NCBI GenBank assembly: GCA_973895155.1
Contig: OZ316896.1
Coordinates: 23,766,600-23,830,599, forward strand
Direction: 5' to 3'
Length of the DNA: 64,000 nucleotides
Source: Marsupella aquatica
Lineage: Eukaryota; Plantae; Marchantiophyta
The notes below the pieces were generated by a model, which was not told where the DNA came from, made no database searches, and saw nothing but the letters and a program-made list of their open reading frames with translations. The position numbers were made by a program, and so were the translations under genes. Positions 53,993 through 64,000 of this stretch are shown here, in pieces; the stretch's first letter is position 1; each line of letters starts with the position of its first letter.

Positions 53993-55550
53993 TCACTTGA
54001 AGCTGGCAGGGTCGATGATCGGCTTGTAGGCGTCCAGGTCATGTGTTAGAATCCGATTGATTCTATCAGCGTCGAGAATCCATGACGGTTCCACCACTGC
54101 TTGGCCTAACCTGAAAGAGATACTGTAAATTAACAGTGCCTGGCTTATTGGGTCTTCCTCATGTGTAAAGGACTCTCTGATTTCTTCTTTAAAACTCTCA
54201 TCAGACTCTAAAATTTCAGCTCCATCTTCTATTCTATCATCCAAACCCATTAATCTTTCTAGTCTTGGCAGCAATTCACTTTGTTGATGTTGTCGGATTT
54301 GTTCTCCTATGTCTCGTGTTGTGGCGTCCAATTGTTCCCAACTGGTACTCAGTACTCCACTCGTGGACTGTAGAGCTAACACGATTGGTGGCTCTACCTG
54401 TTGTGACCTAGTCACTATATTCACATCCATTGTCTGAATTCTTACATGATTAACTGGTGCTTTAGTTTGTGCTTCGGTTCTTTCTTTATTATGTTGTACC
54501 CATAATTCACACTTAGCCCCTCTTATATGTCTGGGCTTCCCACAATAATAGCAAGTAAGGGGAGGTCTTTGTGACGCCCCCAGCACGGCTGGTAATGAGT
54601 AATTCTGCTTAATCCGTGTTAAGCACGTATGAAGTAGATGTACGAATCCGTAGTTATTAGCATAACGATACAAAATTAGCTAGTCATGATTCTTAGGACA
54701 GGTTTTAGTAATAATGGGAGTTCACGCTTGGGCTGGCGGCGCAGCACGTGACGTATTGCCGGATTAGGGGCGCGTTATGGTCGTCAGCCTCGGATCCGTA
54801 TAACTGATCCGGAGGCAGCTCTCTGCCACACTCTGACCCGGACTGAAGGAGTGATCGGTAAGCCTCGAGCGTGACAAGCTCGGCCTATCGTGAGCAAGAG
54901 GAGCCGATCGATCGATGCAAGGCAGAGGTATAAAAGGTGGACCCTTCCCCGTTTCAGGTTTACCAGTTCTCTCCTTGCGCAAGCTTTAACCTAGCGAAAA
55001 TCAATAGAATCAAATTTAAAAGCGTTTATGCAACTGAAGGATGACTTACTGGTTCACCTTGTGCATAGCCGCTTCAAGCTCAACTAGAAAACCTCGATCT
55101 CCCTTAAAGACAGTGCATTGAACACGCGGATGGTACTTGATATTCTCTGGGTTCTCATTTGTAGTGATGAATCATTAAGGGAAGAACCATTGAGAACTGA
55201 ACAAATCAGAGCGAAAAGTGAGCAAGAGATAATAATGAAATTGGTAGAGGTTATTTCAAAGGCTAAAGTTGACTGTTGAAGAATTGTTATGTATAGCTCC
55301 ACAATGCACAGAAGCACGGTTCAAGAAAATGAGTGAGGGAGCACAAGAGACAGCAATACCAAATACCAGTGAGGTAAGGGAAAGGACAACTACAACAAGA
55401 AACGAAGAAGATAATCAGCAGGAATTACCACGAACACCAACTTATAAGTTGGAAAAGACAGTATTAGCTGATTAGGGAGCAATGGTAGAGTTAAATATAA
55501 AAGGAACCAAGATTAAGAATGTATTATTGGATGGTAGTTCAGCAGTAATC
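53993..55550. mobile_element. Gypsy-like gag/protease remnants in both orientations
   Basis: Minus: zinc knuckle CYYCGKPRH..C and VNIVTRSQ (53993-54673). Plus: LTVEELLCIAP and protease-like IKNVLLDGSSAV (~55270-55545). Possible LTR-like segment with TATAAAA near 54929. Confidence 0.55.
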
Positions 55551-57770
55551 CTTGTAGAATTCACAATCTGCTAAGAATTACTTGTCGTAGTGGCTTCGGA
55601 TTGCTGAATTGCTATAGTTGCTTCTCGGGGAGTTGGTATCGAGCTGTGCGTAGCTACATGCTGACGAATCCATTGATCCCTGTTAGGTTCGCGTTACCAC
55701 TTTTACACGGCCTCTCGTCATGTCCTGTGGGCAGAGAATCCCTAGTAAGGCCCTAGCTGTACTGGATGTTCTTCTCCGTTTCGACCTTAGATTGCTGGGC
55801 AACTATACTTCTCACCTCTGAGCGCCCAAGGAAGCGGGACAGAATCTCTTTTTCAGCCCGGGATACTGTCCATCCTGGTTCAAGTCCTGCTCATTTCTTG
55901 CATGACGTCTCCTGCTGCCCGTCTCCTGATTTCTCGTCACAATCTAGATCAATTTTGTTGCCACTTGCTTCAACTTCTTGTTCTGAACGAATTGTCGAGC
56001 CTGCCCAATTTGCTACTTATACGGTCTGCATAACACTTGTTCACAAGTTCTTCGTTTGGTATGCAGGACACTTCAGTTGGAAAGGGTTCTTTCTTGGAGG
56101 GCGATAAACAAGAGCACTCGCGCCATAGTTTTTCAGAGGGCAATGTGCAGGTATGACGGTGGGTTGCTTTGGGGTTTGGATGGAAGATCTTCTCAAAACT
56201 TCTTCTCAAAACTTGTAGTTTTGATTCTCAAGTTTTGATGGCAAAGCTGGGATGATTCGTAAAAGAGTCCAGCAGGAGAATTGATCCTGGAGAAGATACC
56301 GCTACTGCTATGCTTCTAGGGCTTCCTCCAACTGTTACGCTGAGCTGAGATTCCTCTGCCCCCGGGCAAGGTTTCCCCAACAGAGCCTTCGCGTAATGAA
56401 TATTCTTTCCTTAGTCCATGGGAAGGAAAGATGAGACTTGAAATTTGAGGGCTCTGCAAGATTGCACTACTTAGACTGATTTGAACCTTTGTCAAACAGG
56501 TAAGATCGTATTTCTCAAAACTGTACCATTGAGCTCCGTATTCCCGGCACGGGAAGGGAGCTGACTCAATGGAACTTTTGGATATGGACCGCTTTAGGCA
56601 GCAGTCCTCAGCCAGGTATGATTAATTTTGTATGCATGTCATTTTGTTGGATTTGATGTGACCAAACAACCTTGAATACATTCTCAACAAAGACGTTTGA
56701 TTTGCAGAGTTTATCCTTCATCTTCCGGTTTGATTGGTATTGGCATCCGCCATTGTTCTTGTACACGACCTTCAAGTAAGGAGACTGAAGAGCGATTTCA
56801 ACGTTGTGCGTACCTACTTTTAAACAGAAACTCTTGTTCCAGCACCACGGTGTGACATTTATAGTTGCGGGAGTTTCCTGCTATGAGGCTTATGTGATCA
56901 AGACTTGAGTTGAACTTCAAGTTTGATTCCTTTTTCGTGTTAAGAAGCACAGGGTGGGTTGGGGGGAGGGGAGGGGAGGCTGTTACATTCATGTCGTATG
57001 TGTCTCTTCACGGATTGTATAAGAGCCAAGTTCAAGAATGATGGATAGCCTTTATTTCTGAATTGTAGAAGAGGGAGGGAAGCGCTTTCACGTTCATGTC
57101 ATCTGTGTCTAATCACGATGGATTCTACAGATGATGGCTAGGCTTTATTTCTAAGTAGTCTCTTTTCAGAAACCTGAGATTCTGGTTTGTGTATAGCGCA
57201 GAAAGGACAGTGTAGGCAACTTACAAATGAACGCCTGTCAAGATGCCCTAAGAGTCTGTCCTGTACACAACCCAAGGATAACATGTGACTTCTGGCTGAA
57301 GTATTTTAGTACAAATTCGATAGGCTCTTGACTCTGACCTTTCTGTGGGTACAGTGAAATACGGGAGAAGGAACGAGCTTGTTGATACCTGGATATGCCT
57401 TTCACAATTAGTTCGATATTCTATTCTAAGATCATTGCATTCTTGACAGATAGCCGTTACTCTCAGTTGGAAAGGAGTCATTTAACTTTTGCAAGTTATC
57501 TGTACCAAAGATCACAGCAGAGCAAGGGAGACAAGAAAATACATCTTTGGACGGAGGTAGGAATGCACCCTAGAACTCGAGAGGCTTACCGGTCTGCGAT
57601 CCATTTCTGAACACTCATTGTAGAAAGATCACTGGAAACATAGTCGTCAAGAAATAACTACAAATTCATGGCACCTCGTGAAATCTCCTGGATTTTATTC
57701 TGGTAGCAGATCTGATCGTGGGTTGTGGTGCTGACAGAGGAAGCCCAGAGCACCTGAGTTCAATCAGAAG

Positions 57771-60635
57771 TTGACAAGACTAGCATTTTGGGTGGATGGA
57801 TGGTCAACCCCAGCGTGGGTTAAGGCAAGGGCGAATTTGGTTACTCACTGCAGATTTCCATCTAATGTTAGTTATTGCACGAGAGATCGGTCTCAAGTCA
57901 CTACAAAAGGAATTGGCAGTAGGCATATGCATCCTGGTACCACGGGTCAAACAATTGCTATGTTGAAAGACCGCCTACAGCGAGGCATTGCTATAGACTC
58001 GTACACATATGTTAAAGTTCTGCAAATGTGCTTGCAACAGAAAGACCTTTCAGGAGCCAAGCAAATTCATGATTGCATCATCGAGAGTGGAATTCACGAA
58101 AATCCATATGTGGCAGTCACGCTTTTGAATGTGTATATCAAATGCGGAGGTTTATCGGATGCACGTAGAGTTTTTGATCAAATTCAGAAGAAGAGTGTTA
58201 TTACTTGGACCAGCATGATTGCGGGATACGCTAGGAGTGATCAAGCTGAATCTGCCCTCGAAATTTTCAATCTAATGCGCCAAGAAGGCGTGAAGCCGAA
58301 TGAGATCACGTATCTGAGCATCCTGAATGCATGTTCAAGCCCATTAGCTCTCAATTGGGGAAAAGAAATTCATCAGGGTATTCGACATGCCGGCTTTGAA
58401 TCGGACGTGCGTGTAGGGTCTGCTCTCGTACTGATGTACGCTAAATGTGGGTGCATCACCGAGGCAAGGAATGTTTTTGAAAAGTTGACTAATCGAAATG
58501 TCATTACATGGAATGTTATGATTGGAGCATGTGCAGAACGTGGTGATGGTGTGGAAGCATATCGACTATTCCTCCAAATGAGACGGGATGGCTTCGAACC
58601 AAATGCAATCACCTATACGAGCATCCTGAATGCATCCGCATGTGATGGGGGTTTGGCATGGGTGAAGGACGTTCATGGCCACGCTAGGAAAGCGGGACTG
58701 GAGTCAGATTTGCGTGTGGGCTCTGCGCTGGTTCACATGTATGCAGAGAGTGGCAGGATAGGTGACGCCCGACTGGTTTTTGACAGAATGGAGAAACGCG
58801 ATGTAGTCACATGGACTGTAATGATCGGTGGACTTGCACAACAAGGATGTGGGCATGAAGCATATCGACTGTTTCTCCAAATGAGACTTGAAGGCTTCGA
58901 ACCAGATGCAATCACTTATCTGAGCATCCTGAATGCATCTGCAAGTGCGGGGGCTTTGGAGTGGGTGAAGGAGATTCATGGCCATGCTGCCGAAGCAGGA
59001 CTGGAGTCAGACTTGCGTGTGGGCACTGCACTGGTCCACATGTATGCAAAGAGTGGCAGTATAGATGACGCCCGACTTGTTTTTGAGAGAATGGAGAAAC
59101 ACAATGTAGTCACATGGAACGTAATGATCGGGGGACTTGCACAACATGGATGTGGGCATGAAGCATATCGAATGTTTCTTGAAATGAGACGCCAAGGCTT
59201 CGAACCAGATGAAATCACTTATGTGACCATCCTGAATGCATCTGCAAGTGCGGGGGCTTTGGAGTGGGTGAAGGAGGTTCATGGCCACGCTAGCAAAGCC
59301 GGACTGGAGTCGGATTTGCGTCTGGGCAATGCACTCGTTCACATGTATGCGAAGATTGGCAGTATAGATGATGCCCGACTGGTCTTTGACAGAATGGAGA
59401 AACGCGATGTAATCACATGGAATGTTATGATAGCAGGGCTTGCACAACATGGATCTGGGCATGAAGCATATCGAATGTTTCTTGAAATGAGACGCCAAGG
59501 CTTCGAACCAAATGAAATCACTTATGTGACCATCCTGAATGCATCTGCAAGTGCGGGGGCTTTGGAGTGGGTGAAGGAGGTTCATGCCCACGCTAGCAAA
59601 GCCGGAGTGGAGTCGGATTTGCGTGTGGGTAGTGCACTCGTTCACATGTATGCAGAGAGTGGCAGTATAGCTGACGCCCGACTTGTTTTTAACAGAATGG
59701 AGAAACGCGATGTAGTCACTTGGAACATAATGATCGGTGGACTTGCACAACACGGATATGGGCAGGAAGCCCTGGAACTTTTCAGACAAATGAATGCAGA
59801 CCATGTGAAGCCCACCGAGACGTCATTCACAGCTGTGTTGTCAGCCTGTTCTCATGGAGGCCTTGTTGATGATGGCCGTAGAATCTTTTCTGCTATGACG
59901 CAAGATTATGGTATCGAGCGTACTGTTTTTCACTATACCCTCATGGTGGATATTCTTGGGCGGGCGGGACACGTGGAAGAAGCAAAGCAGTTGATCAGTG
60001 AGATGCCGATCGAACCAGATGATGTAACTTGGACAGCCTTGCTTGGGGCTTGTAGAACTTACGGTAACGTGGAGCTGGGTGAACTGGCCGCTAACGAGCT
60101 TTTCAAGTTGGAACCCGGTAAGGCCTCTACATATGTGCTACTCTCCAATATCTATGCTGCAGCTGGGAAGTGGGAGAAGGTGTCATCTGTGCGCACTATG
60201 ATGCAAGAGAGAGGTGTTCGGAAGGAGCCAGGACGTAGCTGGATCGAAGTTCATAACAAGATCCATGAATTTGTGGTGGGGGATACATCTCACCCAGAAG
60301 CGGAAGCGATCTATACTGAGTTGAATAAATTGAGTGAGAAACTCAAGGCGGAAGGCTACATTCCGGATACCCAGCTTGTATTGCATGATATCAATGAAGA
60401 GGATAAAGAGCTAGCCCTTTGCTCTCATAGTGAGAAGTTGGCTATTGCTTACGGACTTATGCACCTACCTTGGGGAGAACCTATTCGTGTAAGTAAGAAC
60501 CTTCGGGTGTGTTCAGATTGCCACTCAGCAACCAAGTATATCTCTAAGGTGACCGGACGAGAGATTATTGCAAGGGATGCAAATCGGTTTCACCATTTTA
60601 AAGATGGAATGTGTTCTTGTGGTGATTACTGGTGA
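57771..60635 (+). CDS. PLS-class PPR protein with E1-E2-DYW (PG-box) deaminase domain; putative organellar C-to-U editing factor
   Basis: Intronless open frame; 20 PPR motifs L-S-(P-L-S)x5-P2-L2-S2, then E1, E2, KEPGRSWIEV, HSEKLA, CSDCH, CSCGDYW. Position 57771 is TTG; the first in-frame ATG is at 57927. Confidence 0.93.
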   Translation: MTRLAFWVDGWSTPAWVKARANLVTHCRFPSNVSYCTRDRSQVTTKGIGSRHMHPGTTGQTIAMLKDRLQRGIAIDSYTYVKVLQMCLQQKDLSGAKQIHDCIIESGIHENPYVAVTLLNVYIKCGGLSDARRVFDQIQKKSVITWTSMIAGYARSDQAESALEIFNLMRQEGVKPNEITYLSILNACSSPLALNWGKEIHQGIRHAGFESDVRVGSALVLMYAKCGCITEARNVFEKLTNRNVITWNVMIGACAERGDGVEAYRLFLQMRRDGFEPNAITYTSILNASACDGGLAWVKDVHGHARKAGLESDLRVGSALVHMYAESGRIGDARLVFDRMEKRDVVTWTVMIGGLAQQGCGHEAYRLFLQMRLEGFEPDAITYLSILNASASAGALEWVKEIHGHAAEAGLESDLRVGTALVHMYAKSGSIDDARLVFERMEKHNVVTWNVMIGGLAQHGCGHEAYRMFLEMRRQGFEPDEITYVTILNASASAGALEWVKEVHGHASKAGLESDLRLGNALVHMYAKIGSIDDARLVFDRMEKRDVITWNVMIAGLAQHGSGHEAYRMFLEMRRQGFEPNEITYVTILNASASAGALEWVKEVHAHASKAGVESDLRVGSALVHMYAESGSIADARLVFNRMEKRDVVTWNIMIGGLAQHGYGQEALELFRQMNADHVKPTETSFTAVLSACSHGGLVDDGRRIFSAMTQDYGIERTVFHYTLMVDILGRAGHVEEAKQLISEMPIEPDDVTWTALLGACRTYGNVELGELAANELFKLEPGKASTYVLLSNIYAAAGKWEKVSSVRTMMQERGVRKEPGRSWIEVHNKIHEFVVGDTSHPEAEAIYTELNKLSEKLKAEGYIPDTQLVLHDINEEDKELALCSHSEKLAIAYGLMHLPWGEPIRVSKNLRVCSDCHSATKYISKVTGREIIARDANRFHHFKDGMCSCGDYW

Positions 60636-61962
60636 ACCCAGATTGAAAGCTGTGTTGGGCTGGCTGGAAAGTGACTTCAAATCAGTAGTCACTGGCGATA
60701 CAATCAGGTTTTGGGTGTCGCAATTCTGTAACATTAATTTGAGATTCTGCAATTGGGGGTTGTACCTAGCCCTCTCCTGGCTGAAAGACCATTTCATGTA
60801 AGAGAAATGTCACGCAAGTTTCGTTTTGAGTGTCAAAATTATAGGTGCGTGAAATCAAGCTGTTGGCTTGATATGTAGAAACCTCTTTTGACATCTTAGT
60901 TGAGTATTGTCCTTAGATCAAAAGAAGAGTTTGCATACAGTAGCTGCTTGCTGTGAACATCGTACTGGACGGGAACTCACATTGGTGACAGGAGACGAAA
61001 ATTAAGGGCATCAAGATCAAATGCGCGAATGGCGACCTCCACCAGCAGAAAACTTCAAGCAATGATTCTTCGAGTTCATCGACTTGCAGGAAACCTTTGG
61101 CCGAGACTGATGGATGTATTCAGATCCTCGAATACATCCATGTCGAAGATTAGATAATTCAATTCTAGTAAAGTGGTCATGTTCTTCTGCTTCAAAGGGA
61201 GTTGACAGTCTGGATTCGACCAAAACGATAGGAAGTTCCATCTGCGTCTCAACTGTCTGAGCTTCTCAGATTCGCAAGATATGGTCGTGAAACGTGCTCG
61301 AAAGCTTGTTAGCTACTTTGGGGTTAGGGAAGGCGTAAGGGAATAATTCTCAAATGACGCGAGAATGGAATGATGCACTGTACAGTACTATCGTGAAGGA
61401 TCGGACAAGGCAGGAAAGTGGACTGTATTTGCAGTAGAAACTTTGCTACGTTGACGGCATGATTGAATCCGAAAGCTCATAGACCGTGCGCGTGAACGTA
61501 GAAGGGAGCATAGTTCTGCAAGGAATAGTGGAGTAGCTTGCGTATGTTGCTGCTGCTGGGCCCATGCCTACTTCAAGAAAATAGGTTCATGTCTAGAAGG
61601 TCTTGAGAGAGACGTAATAACAATCAGAACATTAGGTAAGTACTCAAATGAAGGAGAACACCTTGCTATCATAAAAACTCCTGCTGTTACCATAGTAGCT
61701 GCGCCTAATCTGTTATCTTTTCTTTTTGGCTTGAATTTGCTTGGGTGACATGTTGAAGACGTCTGGTGGAAAGACACCATTCTTCCTTTGAATTAATCCA
61801 AAAACAGTCAGGCAGCAATCAACCACTAAATTTAATGTTCTTGACACTGGAATGCCAATCTGGCAGTTGTTTTCCTCAATCCTCGGCTGTCAATTCAACG
61901 AGAAAACAGGAAATTTTGCTAGCCACACTGGAAATGGCTCGCGAGGCGGACCTGATTGGTCG

Positions 61963-62038
61963 GGAAATAAGTCATGATGACCAATATCCGATTAATCCAA
62001 TCAGGAAATAAGTCATGATGACCAATATCCGATTAATC
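61963..62038. repeat. 35-bp direct repeat (41-bp period)
   Basis: ggaaataagtcatgatgaccaatatccgattaatc occurs twice. Confidence 0.9.
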
Positions 62039-62071
62039 TTTGACCTTCGTCTGAACAATTCTCATTGCCAA

Positions 62072-63500
62072 TGTGGACCTAAGGTTAAGTCTACTCCAAA
62101 TCGTGGTGTAACCACTAACCTAAGGTAGTTACTACAACCACCTGAGTAACTACCTCTATGTATATATGTTTCCCTACATGAATGAGAAGACTATTCTATG
62201 TAGTACTCAACATGTTATCAGCATGAGTGGGCTCGACATTCAATTTTTTCCTTTAAAGTGAGAATTAGATGTGGAGGGGTCTCCTTACGAAATTATACAC
62301 AGATCTCTGTAAATCTCTGTCAAAAATTGGCATGGGATTTGGATTGCAAATTAGTCCATTGCCCACATAGGCGATTCCATCCCACCAAACATTCACCGCC
62401 TAATGATATCGCCAACCAATTTCACCAATCTCCATAACTTTATTCAAGGATACAATCAAAACATCCGAGCAATCTCCCCGAGCACATCCAAGGCAGCCAA
62501 TCCTCAAATCCGGACAGCGTTGAATGCTACTACAAACAGCTGAGCGAGAAATGTCTACCCAATAATAACTCCGGGACAAGGGAACGAGAAAGGTGCAAGC
62601 GCAAATTTAGATAAGTGACTTTCCCATTTTACCATATCTCATACAGTGATCATTCAATTGAGAATCACAAATTCCCCTCAATCTTTGGACACCCACAATG
62701 ACCACAAATACTATCGGAAAACTCTACTTCCAAGCGTTGAATATAGACGGATCATCCAACTATCTATCTTGGTCTCTAGATATTGAAGCACACCTTGCCT
62801 CCAAAGATCTGCAAGACACCATTCTAACGGATGCCGGTCCAACTTTGCAGCAGAAGGCTAAAGCCTTAATTCTAATTAGACATCACCTTGTAGACTCCCT
62901 AAAATGCCAGTACATGAATGAATAGATTCCCCGCATCCTCTGGATGACCTACACTCAAGATTTGACCACACGTGCACAATTTTTCTACTTGTAGCAAGGC
63001 ATGATTGGGTTAATCTTAGAGTTCAAGACCACAAAACTATTGCGATTACAACATCGAACTATTCAGAATTGTTGCACAATTGGCCATCTGTGGACAACCA
63101 GTGGGAGATGAAGAGCATTGAGAAAACATTGTCCACATTCCACTCCACCAACCTAGTCCTATCCACACAATACAGGAACATGAACTTCACTAAATATTCT
63201 GAGTTGATCGCACATATGTTGTTGGCCAAAAAACATCAACTATTACTACTACAGAACACAAAAACAAGACCCCCATGCACACTCCCACCACAACCAAATA
63301 CAGAAACACATTACAATGTACAAGGGAGGGAAAACGGGACCTCATTTGGTGGGAGAGGGGGAAGTAGAGGGAGAGCACTCCAAACGGGCCGAGGAAACAA
63401 CTTCAGACGCGGTGGCAGAAGCAATACATACCAAGGAAGGGGTCGCGGAAGACCCAGGTTCAGCGGCAACAATTATCGGAATACCTGGAGAAGAGATACA
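62072..63500 (+). mobile_element. Truncated Ty1/Copia element (Bianca-like): LTR, PBS, degenerate gag
   Basis: LTR ending CTCAACA (62212), similar to 52605-52788; PBS TGTTATCAGCATG; gag MTTNTIGKLYFQALNIDG paralogous to the gag starting at 52029; stops and frameshifts. Confidence 0.85.
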
Positions 63501-63759
63501 TACATTTTTGTGCAGCCCAGCAATCACAATGCCCGGTCTTTGCAATCTTTATCGTGGTCTTTTTGCCATGAGTGCCCAAAAAAGACCGTCCCGCCATGAA
63601 AATACAAAGGAACCAATATTACAAAGTAAGTCGATCCCCATGCCATTCTTTAAATGTCACTACGTCGAGAGCCCGAATAGCACTGCGACCATCTTCCCGT
63701 TGTCATAAGGAAATTAAAATAATATGAAGAATGACTTGGTTTTGTATGAAAATATAAAA

Positions 63760-64000
63760 GTAGAAATTTTCAGTAAGATTTATATGATAACAAGTAGATT
63801 TTGGGTTTTACCAAGTAAAATTGTAAGTCTTGGTAATTTTCAAAATCTACCATAGTAAATAGTAATTTCTAGAATTTACCATAGTTAAAAGGTAAATTCC
63901 GGTAACTTCTAGAATGTACCATTGTAAATAGTAATTTCTAGTATTTACCATAGTAAAAGGTAAATTTTGGTAACTTCTAGAATTTACCATGGTAAAAAAG
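63760..64000. repeat. AT-rich tandem repeats (TTCTAGAATTTACCATAGTAAA-type)
   Basis: Several ~30-40-bp units running off the end of the window; possibly subterminal repeats of a DNA transposon. Confidence 0.75.

Noticed and set aside
55560-57650. Possible gene fragments upstream of the PPR gene
   Set aside because: Only short broken ORFs with no recognisable motifs.
58373-60386. Antisense ORFs over the PPR gene (and similar ones over other genes)
   Set aside because: Shadow frames produced by codon bias and repeat periodicity.
60220-60635. DYW domain as a U-to-C (DYW:KP-type) editor
   Set aside because: It has a canonical PG box, HSEKLA and a DYW ending, i.e. the C-to-U type.
61110-61141. 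Perfect 12-bp hairpin ATGGATGTATTC/GAATACATCCAT
   Set aside because: Too short for a miRNA precursor and no adjacent CTRR Helitron end; no function can be supported.
63760-64000. Short repeats here and at 38000-38480 as CRISPR-like arrays
   Set aside because: Degenerate units with no unique constant-length spacers, no cas genes, and a eukaryotic context.

Overview
Plant nuclear genomic DNA rich in transposable elements (TEs), with spliceosomal introns; the PLS-DYW PPR style suggests a non-seed plant, probably a bryophyte (inference). Host genes: an intronless chloroplast adenylate kinase 5-like gene (2004-3899), an 8-exon conserved plant gene of unknown function (25046-31641, minus), and a cluster of PLS-E-DYW RNA-editing PPR paralogs (one open at 57771-60635, one pseudogene at 41808-43863, two 5' fragments in a 1.15-kb duplication). 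TEs: a complete 10.8-kb CACTA element (12134-22960, TSD CAC) with a nested TIR element, three truncated Ty1/Copia elements, a degenerate MULE/SWIM transposase gene, Gypsy-like remnants and MITE-like repeats. Top finding: the CACTA element carries a minimal SET-domain (lysine-methyltransferase-like) exon inside the first intron of its transposase gene. One shared first exon can splice in frame to either the SET exon or the transposase exon. This suggests a transposon-encoded chromatin-modifying accessory protein made by alternative splicing. All calls come from reading the sequence by eye; no searches were run.
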